A DNA stretch of 64,000 bases. It comes from Trichoplax sp. H2. Taxonomy: Eukaryota. The translations under genes and the position numbers were made by a program. Positions within the stretch are counted from its first letter, which is position 1; each line of letters begins with the position of its first letter. Shown here piece by piece: positions 1-13,429 of the stretch. The stretch is from NCBI GenBank assembly GCA_003344405.1, contig NOWV01000147.1, positions 62,001 to 126,000 of the forward strand. Reading direction: 5' to 3'. Below the pieces are notes generated by a model. The model saw only the letters and a list, made by a program, of their open reading frames with translations, did not search any database and had not been told where the DNA came from.

Positions 1-3000
1 AGTCGCACCTTTCTGCATATTATTATCGTCTTCTGGACCTCTATCATCGTCTTCTGGACTTCTTTCATCATCTCCGGGACCATCCTCTCCTTCTTCTTCT
101 TCATCTTCCTCATCACCATTACCTTCATCGTCTCTACCGTCTGCTTCATTTCTTTCTTCGTCGTTTTGATCATTAGGATTTCCACTCTCTCCACGCGGCT
201 CAAATAGGTGGTACCCGTTTTCTACAGAAATCCCTTTTCCGTCATCCAATCGTATATTTTCATCGCTCTCTGGATCCATCGAATCTTTTTCAGGAACTTC
301 TGGACGTTCCTTACGATAAACATAGCTATCAGCGTAATCATTAACATGCTCAGGTGGCATATCTTGATCAAAAAGTTTCATTGTTTTCTTATAATTATTT
401 CTCGTCTCCTCTTTGGTTATGATGCCATCCCCATTGGTATCCATTTTTTGTTTAATCTTATTTTAAAAGTAATAATTAGCGATAATTTTAGGTAAAACTG
501 TTCAAGTTTACAAAATATCGCTGTAATAGTTACTTGCTTCCATTCGCTAGTCTTTATTATTTAGATAAAATGCATATAAGCGATTATGATTCATTTTATC
601 TTGTTACGTAATATTACGAATACCTCATTAGCTATCCTTTCAGAACCACCTAATGTTCCCTAGAGTTGAAAATGATCAAACAATTAATTGTCTTAGAATA
701 GAACAAGAGTTCGCATGAAGTTGCATCTTACCACGTAGGCTTCTGTGAATTTCTTGCCATCAAATATGCCTGATTTACCTATGGCTTTCTTAAATATCGG
801 TCTTGAAAACAGCAATTAAACAATTTAGAAGATAAATATTAGATTCTATATAGCACAACTTTATACCGTCATATTTATGTGCTGTAATCACTGTGCGAAA
901 AAACAATATCAGACTAACTGTATATGTTGCTAAGCTATAATTATCCAGTTATATGATAATAAAGAGTAATGTAGCTAAATTGTTCGAGCTTTTATATCAA
1001 CTTGTAATACTTTGACACAATCATCAGCATTATAAGCTTTAATTCAGCACATTTAAGAAACAAAGACACATTACAGTCGATCCCTTAAATTTTTGTAAGA
1101 TTACAGAATATTACTCGAATTTAATTGTATGGAATGGTGCCTAAGAAGATGCCTGATTAAATGCATCTAGAGGTAGTCTATCATAATTTCATCATGAAAC
1201 CAATATTTCATACGAATACTACTGTAAAAGTGAAGTAGTTCACTATGAATTAGATATTATGTCAGAAAATTTAAAAATTTAATTCTAATTATTCTAGGTG
1301 CTAGAATTTTTGAACGTGAAATATCTAATAGAAATGCACACGAATGTTAGATAATTTTCTTTTCAGTACAAATATTTAATCTAATTTATCGAATTTTATT
1401 CGATAGCTTGTACGTAATGTTTATTGAAAGATTTCTATAACTGTAACTTACGAGACTTCACTTCGTGTAAATTGACGATATTCATATTGCAAAGTATTTG
1501 CTGGATCCATTTCATTGAATATAATCATATTTTTCCATGACTGCATAGGTAAAGCCTTGATATCATCAACTGATATGGTTTCCTTATCATCAGTTATTTG
1601 CAAGCTATCTTTGTACTAAAGATAAAATATAGAATCAAATTATTGCTTTGGGCTTGCCCAAGTAGATTCAGTACAGAAAATTCATTCTTAAAATTTCAAG
1701 CATGAACATTTATTTTCTTTCTGCTCTTAGTTACAACGTACTATTTTATATCCTTTTTGATACTTCTCTCCTTCAAATTCACCAAGATAATCCTTTAAAG
1801 TAGAAGATATATTAAATATAGGCAAGATAACATCAAGATTATTTATGACTATCATACGCTTTCAACTAATATGATGAGATTAATTCAAATATGTAGTAAG
1901 CTATAATGCAGAAAATAGTTGCATACCCTGACAACATGCTTCAGTAGTTTTTTTGCGGGTAGAATCGACTTCTTTGCTTTTTTAAAAATATGTAGGAAGC
2001 TATCCCTATTGGCGAATATTTAAATTGCCTTAGTAGGTGAGCAATAGTTATAACGATATATCTACATAAAATTGAACATCTGAAAATAAACCAAGGAACT
2101 ATCCTTTAAAAATGATAACGATATTATCATATATTAAAATTACAGTAACGTATTTGAATAAGTATTTCAAGTTTATATCTAAACCAAAGTTGATATGAAC
2201 TAGTTCTTAGAGATTAATAAAAATATAACCTATAATGCTTAGGTTCATGTAGACCCATCGTTAACGAACCAATACCATCAAAATCCCAAGCAACTTCTAC
2301 ATCTGTCAAATTTTTATACGTTGCATTTTCACAACTTTTGCTATCAAATTTTTTTGTATGTGTTGTTCGGCGAGAGAATAGATATGAGATGGCCATATTT
2401 TTGTCGCCAAAGGATCGCACATGATGTAAAGTACCTAATATTATCATAAGGCAATGTCGAATTAGATTGCTTGTATTACAATTATGATCGAACACTTTTC
2501 AATATATAGCATTAAAATCCAAACCCATAAATTTTACTTTCTCTGAGGTCAACATATACTCATGTTTATAATTATACATATAGTAGTCTTAATCATTCTG
2601 GAACATGGCTCGTACTTAATTACGATCTAATATCAATTTAATATACATAGCTGTTTATAGTCTATTTATGCAATTGGTGGAAACTCGAGTATACATATTA
2701 CATATTGGATCATCGCCTCATTTCAATCTGTAAAGCAATTTCAAAAGCATAAGCTCACCGTAAGGAACATAGAGACAATCGCCGGCAGAGACATTAGCAT
2801 ACCAATACGGACAATCTTTAAATTTGGAGAACTGGATTAAATCAACTTTATCTACTTTTAAAACAGAATAACCGCCACCATCCATTGCTGGTTCTCTTGC
2901 TAAAGGTACCATATGTTCATATTTGGGGCTAATGAGTAACCAGTTTTTGGTTCCATTTAATACACAATTAAGAATATTTGCTATTTATTGAAGAGAAATA

Positions 3001-3771
3001 ACTTGATATCAAAATGTAGCATTACTTGAGGATATCTTGACTTCAAAATGATTATTAATGGTGATTAGAAAATGTTATTCTACTATTCAATAATCTGCAA
3101 GATTAGAGATGGAACTAAATTTCTACTCTAATATTGGCTTGTAGAATTGAATAGGTAAAGATACATTAAAAACATAATGATGTGGACGCCATCTTTTGAA
3201 AAGTAATATCGCAATAGTACGTACGAGCATCCTTGTGTAACAAACTTTTAGTTCCTCCATTACTCATCCAGTAATTGATTTCAACTAAGGAATCCTCAAA
3301 AATACCACAGGATAAGCAAGGTGGAACAAGAATATCGCGATACATTGGTTTAGGCAATTGGGAAACGACATATTTATTTTCTTCGACATAAGTCGTTAGA
3401 AAATTCTTGATGGTGTCACGACCTAAACCTAAATCACCAGCGGGAATACCCTGAGCTTCTTTTTTTTTCTCTAATTTTACGCTATACTTCCCGTATACAT
3501 CTTTTAAGTATTCATCCGTCCATAAAGTTTTAGCTGGAAAATTTTGAGCTGCCCCTTTAAGTAGAACTGGTCGTCTTTTACTAACATATTTAGACCAAAA
3601 TTCTTCAGCTGGATATGGCTCATTCATGATATCTACATGGCCGTCAGAATCACGATGTAAACCTATCTCTTGTAAATGACCCCTTGGAACTTTGCTCGAT
3701 TCTTTTCCATCGATTTTGGCTAAAGAAGCGAATAATAGGCACAAGAAAGTAATTCCTTGCATCCACTTCAT
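1..3771 (-). CDS. JmjC/cupin 2OG-Fe(II) oxygenase + EF-hand secretory-pathway protein, paralog A (3' end runs off window)
   Basis: Manually spliced GT-AG exons 3771-3225, 2980-2759, 2434-2230, 2005-1927, 1792-1742, 1615-1452, 801-732, 659-624, 456-<1 (610 open codons, no stop in window). Signal peptide MKWMQGITFLCLLFASLAKIDG. JmjC motifs LLHKDAPNILNCVLNGTKNW, AGDCLYVPYGTLHHVRS. EF-hand loop DTNGDGIITKEE. D/E-rich tail. Confidence 0.88.
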
Positions 3772-5523
3772 CTTAATCACTTTTACTCGTAAGGGTTGGT
3801 CCCTCTTGTTTTTTTTCAACGAAAATGAAGGAATTAACACCTGTTCCTGTTACATACTAATATATATTATAAAATTCCGTAGCAAACTTAACCTACTAGT
3901 AGTATTCAATCCAATTGGCATTCAATCAGGTTGTCAATAACATTGAAAAGAATAACTTTATTAGCCATTGTGTCGAATAATAACAGCCATCTTTATTGTT
4001 TGAATAATTGAATTAATACCATTGATTTTCCATTTTATCCTCTGATGGGACCAACTTTTATACTTTCACCCTATCTTACTCGTCCTTAGCGATTTTATAA
4101 TACAATGTTGATAGCTCTATCACTGTTTTCTCTTATTGATTGGATCGGAAACCTGTTTTCCCACTGGCACTGCGCTGGATTGATTGGCTTGTCTAGTCAC
4201 GTCGTCAAATCAAGCTATAGTTGGTAGGGATTCCGACCTTCATAGACCACCATTCCTTATCGGCTGCATCGAGAGTTAATTAGCTTGTCTAAATAATGAC
4301 ATTAAAAGAAGTTATAATTGATATAGGCTTGATTTTTAGTGTAGCACATAGTCAACATCGTTGATCACGTTGCACAAGCGCTAAATCTTTACCGGAAGCT
4401 AAATTGAATTATGTTATTCCACAGTCTATTCTTACTTTAAATGATTATAGAAATTTAACAGGTCCTCTCATAATTCGTATACTTAATATCTTTCGTTGAT
4501 GCTATTGAATTGCATTATAAAATTAATATAAAATCTTTTATCCCACTATAGATTCCTAGCAAAGAATGATTCTGTTTCATTTATAATCTTGTCTGATTCC
4601 ACGTATTCAATTTAAGATTATCTATGATACTTTATCTAAGATCAGCTAATATTGACGATCCAACGCTTTTTAGCCAGTTATAACGTTTAAAATATTAGCG
4701 TTTTATATCAATTTCTTCGGTATGCGATACAAGATTCTCGATGATGTTTTGTCAAAGATCGGTGAAAGTAAATAATTCATCACTCTGACTTCTTGTAGAA
4801 TAGATAATAGGGCAAATTCCATTTTTTAAAGAAATATCTGCTATAAATATAGCCTTCGAGAAGTAAAATTGCGATTCTACCATTCATTCTTAATACTTCT
4901 TAGTCTTAGTAAGTATGAAAATAAAATGAAACCAAAACACTATCAACTACAACAAGCGCGATCGGCAAGGAATCGGTAGAACGTTTAATGCATACAATCT
5001 TAACCCCTCCTAGTCTGCTCGTGAAAATAATCTGAAAGGATCAATTCTTCTCGAATAATGCACTTGTTTGAAGAAGCAAGCACCGTAATCATTAATTCAT
5101 AGATGCTCAGTGTTTTCTAGTCTGTGCCATGCAAATAAAAGAGCAGATAGAATTTTCTGCGTAGCAATATCGCAACCTTCGATAAAGCATCGATAACATT
5201 ATCCATCCATTCACAAAATCTTTACATAGAAATCACAAATGTTCATTTCTCATATCATATTACAGCCATACCGATCATAGTAGATTATATCCAGCTGATT
5301 GAGGAAGAATTTCAATATACTTTCTTTACACTAATTCATTTTGACAAGTAAACGTACTATAGTCGATCTACACTGCCGCATTCTCCGAAAATAAACAACG
5401 ATATACGAGTAGGAAAGTAACTTTAATGATAAAATCACGTTGCTTTCAAGGTGATATTAATGAAACTACTTACTGAAAGTTAATATAAGCTGTGGAGGAA
5501 GTTGCATCCGGTGGTTTAGAATA

Positions 5524-5945
5524 ATAATTATCTAATGGAAGATAGTTTTGATTTATAGTAAAAGCAACTACCATGTAATCCCTTTTCAAACTAGGACTTA
5601 CTTATCTACAAGCAAATGAAAAATGCTAACTATCATTTTAGAGATGTTCTAGATAACAAATAGTAGCAAGGCATCAACTTTATCACCTCTACGTATGTTT
5701 ACTGTATGAGTTTGTTTGGTTAGCCATCATCGATCGGCATTATAATTATCAAATGGATGATAGTTTTAATTTTATGGCAAAGCGAGCTGCTATGTCATTG
5801 CTTTTCAAATTAGAGCTTGTCCAAAAGCGAATGAAAATTTCAATTACCATTTTAAAGACATTCTAGTTAAGGAATAACAGCAAACCATCAATCTTGTCAC
5901 CTCTATAATTACTATTAATTTGTATGGTAGGCCATCATCGATCGG
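5524..5945. repeat. Degenerate two-copy tandem repeat, unit about 210-218 bp
   Basis: Collinear blocks recur: ATAATTATC at 5524/5742, GATAGTTTT, CTTTTCAAA, TCACCTCTA, GCCATCATCGATCGG at 5723/5931. Confidence 0.75.
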
Positions 5946-6507
5946 AATAGTCCTTTAGTCGTTCATTACTCTTTTGCTTTTTAAGATTTTAACCCTTTAC
6001 GTACATTAGAAATTAAATTTAAACTAACTACGTGTCTGCGGATGGAGGTTGAAGTTAAAGATTATAAAGCAATACTAAAATTGAATAAGAAATAAAGCTG
6101 TTATGCTATTGATGTTCCTAATAGCAACGAGGATCATTAAAATAGCAATACTTCTATAAAGTACATAGGTAGTACTAAATCGAGAACAAACGCTAACGAT
6201 AATTTTGCCAAAAATATTTATTAAGTGTAATCATTCTCCCTAGAAATACGCCAAAGAAATAATATTGGAACTGTCAAATAAACACTATCGGGCATGTTGT
6301 AGGAGAAATCATTCATGAACGGCAACTATTCTCTCTAAATACACCAACAGTTAATCTAGGCACTAGTAAATATCTAGTAACGATCATTCTGTCAAAGCCA
6401 CTCGAGGCAAATTATAATAATATAAGATACAAATAGGAACAGTCTTTTGGAAACTCCTAATAACGAAATATAACAATAAATGCGAACAGTTGGCTAAGAT
6501 AAAAATA

Positions 6508-9500
6508 TTACAATTCATCGCGAGAAGATTTCTTTTCATTCATTTCATCATTAATGCTTCCACTATCAGTTTGTTCAGGTATCCCTTGGTTTCCGATTTC
6601 AGCAGACTCTTTCTTTAATTCCGTCTCCTCTGATCTTAGAGGATCTTCACCATCCGATATATCACTTTCATTGCTATCTATTTCGTCAACTTTACCATCC
6701 GGATTAGCAAACAAACCTAGAACTTCATCCAACTTACTTAGTCTTTCCTCTTTACTAACTTTTCCGTTTCCGTTAGTATCAAATTTTCTCATAATCTATA
6801 GAAAGAAATTAATTATCATGTTCCATTCTTGCCCTCATTTTCTGTTAATGTACTGTAAATTCTTATATATTAAAGATCTAAAGTACTTTATATATTAAAG
6901 CTATTACTACTGTAGTACGTAGTTATCTAAATTTAAACCTTTTAAATCAGTCATTACCTCGTTTGCTGATTGCTCAGACCCTGATAGTAATTTCTAAAAT
7001 ATGGAATAAACCAGAGTATATTAAATTACCATGGCAATAATGAGAATTTGTCCCAATTTCGTGCTTGCATTGCGGAATTATATTGTCTATAATAGTAAAT
7101 TAATAAATTATTGGATGGTTGTACCTCATAGAAAACGGCAAATTTTCTAGTATTAATTCCTCCAGCTTTATCAATGGTTTTCTCGATTATCGATCTGGAA
7201 ATAGTTATAAAGATTGTGTAAGTATATAACGACAGTAGCAAACTTCTACGGCTAGAAAACCATAATCCAAGACGTATTGTATGCAATTAGAGAATGATTT
7301 TAGGCCAAATGTAGCTCCATAAAATATATTGTATTATCTTTTAGTCACAAGATTATTCATAATTTAGCATTAAATGGTTGATCGCGAAAATATGTACCCC
7401 TAAACTTGATAAGACTTGACTTACCGTATATCTTTCTTTGTATAGATGCGATATTCATATTTTAAAGGATTTTCCGGATCTAAATCAAAGTAGTATATTA
7501 AATTTATCCAAGATTGCAGAGGGAGGTCAGCGATCTCATCAGTAGTGACAACGTTTTTATTCTCTATCTGGAGATTTTTTCGTATCTATGTAGAAGCAAG
7601 TTTTAATTAGTAGCCACATCTATCAATAAAACGTTGCTTACAAATCAGATTAGAGACTAAAATCTTTAGTATCGGCTGGCTTTACTTACTAATTTTATCA
7701 CTTTGTTTATGTGATCAGAGCCTCGATCAGGAATGGTACGCTTAAATAAGTACAGTATAAAATTTAGTTCAATAAGGCTATAAGAATCAAACACCGTCAC
7801 CATGATCAATACCTATGGAAAAACGCTAGAAGTACAATTTTGTATCTTGATTTCTGAAATAACAGGTTTCTTTTAAAAAAAATGATATGCTACCTTGAGT
7901 CTCCTTAAAAGCACATCAGTCCTTATTTTTTTCTTGCCTTTAAATGCTTGAAATGCAGCTTCTCTATTTCAAGTGAAGAAAATAATTAATAAATTGAACA
8001 AAATTGGCCAAACTACTACTGCTATCAATTCCAATCTTAACATTTCACTTTTTCGTAGAAATTAAAATCTCAAACGTAAGGTTTCAAGAATTTAAAATCT
8101 GTCAAAAGAATCGTGATTAATGTGTAATATTAGATTTTCATGATGATGAAATTCACAGCGATGGCTTACTCAAAGTATAAAGTTATAGATACACAAATTT
8201 AAAATTTAGTATGTAACAATTTGGTATGTAACTTAAAATATTGAATCTCTAGAATCATTAACTAAAAAATTGTAATAAAGTCCAGCAGTAACATTGCTTA
8301 ACAAAATTTCTTCCAAGCTTGACGGCACAGAATTAAACTTGTAAAAACCTGTATAAATTAGGATCTTGCAAATCAACAACTGGGGTTGTATGGCTATTAA
8401 TTTGCCAATCAAACATGGGGTCCCGAATATTTTTATATTTCGACGTTTGACAATCCTGGTTGTTAAACTTTTTCAAATGCGATACGCTTTGAGAAAATAA
8501 AAGCGAAACACGCATATTTTTAACACCATCTGTTCTTACTTGATACAAAGAATCTGAAAGGTAAAATTAATAAGAATTACCAAAAAACAACTATCATAAC
8601 CTAAGTAGCTAATATTCAGGCCTTAAATTCTCTTATTAAGTTTCTTCAATATGTTTATGCAATTACAATTGACGGATTTGGACCTAAATAATAGGCAACT
8701 AAAGCGAATATATGCTTTGCTGCACTTTCTCCTACTTAGTGTAAACCATATAATTCATTTCTTTTGCCTTAAGGTGACTATAGTAATCGGAAAACTTACC
8801 GTGAGGAAGATAGATGCAGTCTCCTTTAGCTAAAGTAGCATTATAGTATGGGCAATTTGAAAATGCTGAAAATTTCTGTAAGTCCACTTCATTAACTTGT
8901 AAGGCAGAACGTGTACTTCCATCTTTGGCTATCTCTTCTACCATGGGTACAAGATGTGCGTGTTGATTATCGATTAATATCCAATCACTCGTTCCATTCA
9001 ATAAGCAATTGATCGTATTAGCTATTGGCATTAAAAAGAATTTGTGTCAAGGCAGAAACGGAGTCATTATTATTATAAATGGATTGCTATAAATAATACA
9101 TGTATAGTATGTAGTGGTAGTTAAGATTATTAGTACCAAGCATTTTATCTCAATTATTCTATTTGCAGTTAATACGTATAACTTTTTATCTAACAGAACG
9201 CTATTAAGTAGTAATACAGTCATTTTACAACATAGCTACCAATATTATAGAAGCAGTAGCTCTTATTACTGATATATACGGTAGGATAATGATCAAAGCT
9301 GTAACTTTAGTAGTCTCTTTGGTAAAGCCCTTCATATCTGCAGTTTTTTTATTTTTGCATAAAACCCGTTAAAGACTTCGCAGTGTTAAGGAATAACTCG
9401 TATAAGACTTCTAATCCTAATAGATAGTATCTTGGGTGTGAAGCACGTAAGATGGATGCCTAATAAAGAGCTAAAGATTATGATGATTTCAGTTAATTAC

Positions 9501-11310
9501 AGGAGTGATGTGTTAGGGGATAAGAACCCATACACTGCAAAGATCTATCCGATAGCAGTACTCCTACTTCTGCTCATTAATTGTGCAACGGGTAAGCGTT
9601 CATAACTATGAACATTTATCTTCCTTGTCTCCTGTCTACGTGTATTCTAACGCCCTTTAACCCGAATTTATGGCCAAACTGTTACAAATTTCACTTAAAT
9701 CGGGAATTACAACATACGAAGCCAAGTGCATATAAGCATTGACTAAGAACTTTGCGTGACATATTTACCTTAATTTTTGAGTTCATGAAGGATGCTGGTT
9801 CTTATATTTATAGTGCAGATATTACCAAACCCAAGCTCAATCAGAAGGAATCGTAGGATACATTAAAATGCTACAGATGACCGTCAATGTGGGTCAGTAT
9901 GCTCGCATTATTATTGCAATTTGAAATGTCTTAGACTAATTTACTATTGCTCGTATAACTCATCAATATAGTACGAGACAAAGGGGAGATGAAACACTTT
10001 ATTTCAACAACTATAATATTGACCAACCTATTCTATTTGCCGATTTGTGATTGATAGGAACAGTAAAATGGACATATCTTATCAAGACCATCTCATTACA
10101 ACTTGTTAAAGTACCGTAATCATCTGCAATCTTATGGCTTCAATACTGTTTATATATCTAATGGTGGAATTGATTTAAGAAGTTACTATTGATCAACTGC
10201 TATTCCCGTGCTCTAAGATTCTATCGAGAGTTAAAGCGTTGCACATCGCTAGCGTACGCCAAGAATACTTCGAGTACGGAATAGATTTATGTCATACGAA
10301 ATTTACTGTATACCCTCAATAGGATTATCAGGCAAATCTTGTAAAATCTTGACGAATAACATATGGAATCTTTCGATCATAACAGAAATCTATTCCAATA
10401 TTTCATCATGCCAATGATCAACATTAATATAATAAAAACGTTATAAGGCATCTGGGTTATATGTTGGAACATCAATTTTGATTCTTCTAAATGCTGTTTG
10501 ATGAAGTAAAGAAAGAGCTTACACTACATAACGTCATTTCGGTCTGCAATATTAGAGCGAGTGCGGTGCTTATTAGAGCTATTAATCGACTATAATATCT
10601 TACCATGCTAACATCATTAAATAATAGTATACGAGATAATATTTACAAAATCATAATAAATTTTCAAGTGCCCATTTCAGCAGTTACATACGCATTGATA
10701 TGAGGAAATTGATGTATCTAACAAAGTCAGCTTTCACTAGTGAAGCTGATGAATATGCTCTTAACTTACAAGCATCTTTCCGTAGCGAACTTTTACTGTT
10801 ACCGGTGTTAAGCCAAACATGTACATCAATCATAGCAGTTGTAAATGAGCCACATGAAAGGAAAGGTGGAATTAGCACATCGCGTTGCATGGGTTGAGGC
10901 AATTGAGAATCGATGCATTTGCTTTCATTGACATAAGTTGATATAAAATCATTCAAGGATTGGCGTTCTAGATGCCCTTGGTCATTAGAGATTTCTTCCT
11001 TTTCATTGATTTTAGCAGAATAAATCCAATAATTTCCATAAAAATTTCTTAAATAATCATCAGTCCATGAGTCTATCGCTGGAAAATCTAATGCCGCTTG
11101 CTTTAGTAAGACTGGTCGCCTTTGACTAACATACTTGCTCCAGAATTCTTCGGCAGAAATCGGTTCATTGAGTACATCAATATGCCCTTCAGCAGCACGA
11201 TGTTGTCCTAATGGTTTAAGATGGCCTTTAGGTAACTTATAATTGTCATCCGCATTGCCCTGATTGACCAAGATAGCAACTAAAAATAACACAGTAATTT
11301 TATAAGTCAT
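6508..11310 (-). CDS. JmjC + EF-hand ER-resident protein (RDEL), paralog B; predicted catalytically inactive
   Basis: Exons 11310-10770, 9021-8800, 8553-8349, 7963-7894, 7740-7690, 7585-7425, 7194-7125, 6993-6958, 6795-6508 (547 aa). Signal peptide MTYKITVLFLVAILVNQGNA. Motif equivalents SLRKDASNTINCLLNGTSDW and PHDSLYQVR. EF-hand DTNGNGKVSKEE. Ends SSRDEL-stop. Confidence 0.88.
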
Positions 11311-11418
11311 TTTATGTCCACTTGGTAGCAATTTGAGATGTAATCGAGTGCACCCTAGGGAATGAATAACTTTGTGGTGGGACTAATATTATGTCTTGCT
11401 AATTATACTAACCTCTAT

Positions 11419-11426
11419 TGACGTCA
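11419..11426. promoter_or_regulatory. Palindromic CRE/ATF-type element TGACGTCA upstream of paralog B
   Basis: Perfect TGACGTCA about 110 bp upstream of the B start codon; function not demonstrable from sequence. Confidence 0.35.
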
Positions 11427-13429
11427 AGGGAAAACCCGCATAACAATGATGAATTCGTTCTTTCATAATATTCTATTCTATTAGACTAAGCCAACTAATG
11501 TATAAGCTTGACAAAATACGTTTAAATCAATAATTGCCTAAACAAACAATAGCCTGGTAGCCATCGCTGTCAATAAAATTGGCGTAGGTTGTGAAATATT
11601 TAAAATTAATTTGTCAAATTTACTACTTATGAATACATATAAACTGTAGCCTAGGAAAGAGGCAAATAGATCTATTCCCTTAGCATTCTGATCGGTGCCT
11701 TTATCCTACACAGAAAAAGTGAATAATGAAGTGATAAGTACAAGTTATATAGCTACGATGATAGTGAAGAATAACTTAGAGTAACGATTATGGTCTATCT
11801 AGTCAAGTGTAATAACAAAGGCCTTCTGATTTATTCACTACTTCGGTCATTAGGGTTGACTACAGACTAATTTAATAAAATACAGACGTAATCATTTTCA
11901 CTAAAATATTACTATCTTGCTATAATATTATCGTTGTGTAGCGAGTATTAATGAACAACTTATGATTATATTTTGCCTTACAAAATCAGTTTAAAGCTAA
12001 ACTGTTCATTTGCTCTTCGATAATGTTGGCATTTGCAGATCTCAAGTATAATTGCACCAAATAGTAGGAAGTAATTGCATATAAATGTAATTATCAGTTT
12101 CAGTACTATTTCCATCGTCTACTATGTTAAAATTATATGATTCTTAAGGTATATATTATGATAGTAAAGTTATCTTTATTAGTAGCAGGCGCAAACGAAG
12201 GAAATCAATGAACGTAAAGGACCTAATATGCTGCAGTATCGATTCTAATAATTTCTTCAGACTGATTTATTATTGTCAGGTTTCACGTCCTAGAAATCCG
12301 TAATACTTCATGGAGAAAGTATGAAATAGGCGCCTAAGCTATTGCCCTACATCAAATTTCGGAGTTGGATTTATTAAATTTTCACCTTAGTAACAACTAT
12401 CGTCCTCACTAATTAAAATAAATGGTTACAAGCTTAACTATCGATAGGCGCTTATAGACATATTTTACTTAGGGTTATTGTAAAGGGCTTATTAAACATT
12501 CTTCGTCATTGCCAGATACATTATAGGAAGTTTTGAATGGTGGATTATCAATTTAATTGATACAGCAGTGCTCAATTTATCTGATTCAAGCATTCCCAAA
12601 CGCTTACTAAGAAATTACTTCGACATTTCAACAATTTCCATTATATACACAGTTACATAACAGCTAAACGGCTATATCTCGCTTAATTAAGCCAGCTATC
12701 TATATTATAAAGGACCTGCATGTCTATCATTGATATCAGCTGTTCAAAATTATATCTACAATATAAGCATTACTTTTGAGCTGTGGTGGAAATATAAAGT
12801 TAATTTCTTTATTGAAGAGCATGAAAATACAAAGTACCACGATAATTTGTTACATCAACTGCATTAGTGAAGTACAATACTAGTAGGGAAAATATGGATT
12901 GTAAACCTTATTTATGAAGGTTGTTGTGAAGCATGGGAGATAGATATGATATACCATAAAAGTCAAGTTGTAATATAGTTTTGCCAACTGGGAGGGAATC
13001 ATGGAATAATTTTAAACTTGGGGTATTTTACGACAATTAAATAATGCGCTATAGATTCAATGGTATTATCGTTAACCAGCTAATTTCTATGATTAGCATG
13101 CATAACTTAAATAAATTCATTCCATAATGAAGCTAATACAATTCTCTAACGCTCAGAATCCCTGTAGAAGCAATTATGTTTATCATTTCTATTCCATGTT
13201 AATAAATACATAGTTATAATCCAAGTAATTAGGGTAAAGCATCATTCAGCAATGCTATCATAACAAAAAAGTTTACTGAGCAGAAGATACCGTAGTAACA
13301 TCTACAAACTTACACAAATTGGCAATATGTCACTAAACCTGGACTACGTGTAGAAAAAATTTTAAAGTATTGCTACCTTGATAATGTATAATCGCCATAA
13401 TTGGCTAGAAATTGTTACTACAGCACCCA

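Noticed and set aside
208-495. Plus-strand 95-aa hydrophobic ORF and similar antisense ORFs (6554-6898, 13412-13789, 32504-32884, 58802-59137)
   Set aside because: Shadows on the opposite strand of real acidic or low-complexity exons or of the 7TM gene.
3772-3840. Upstream extensions of ORF-track starts (3840, 11331, 20456, 57825)
   Set aside because: Non-ATG starts; the downstream ATGs (3771, 11310, 20480, 57921) place signal peptides at the N-terminus.
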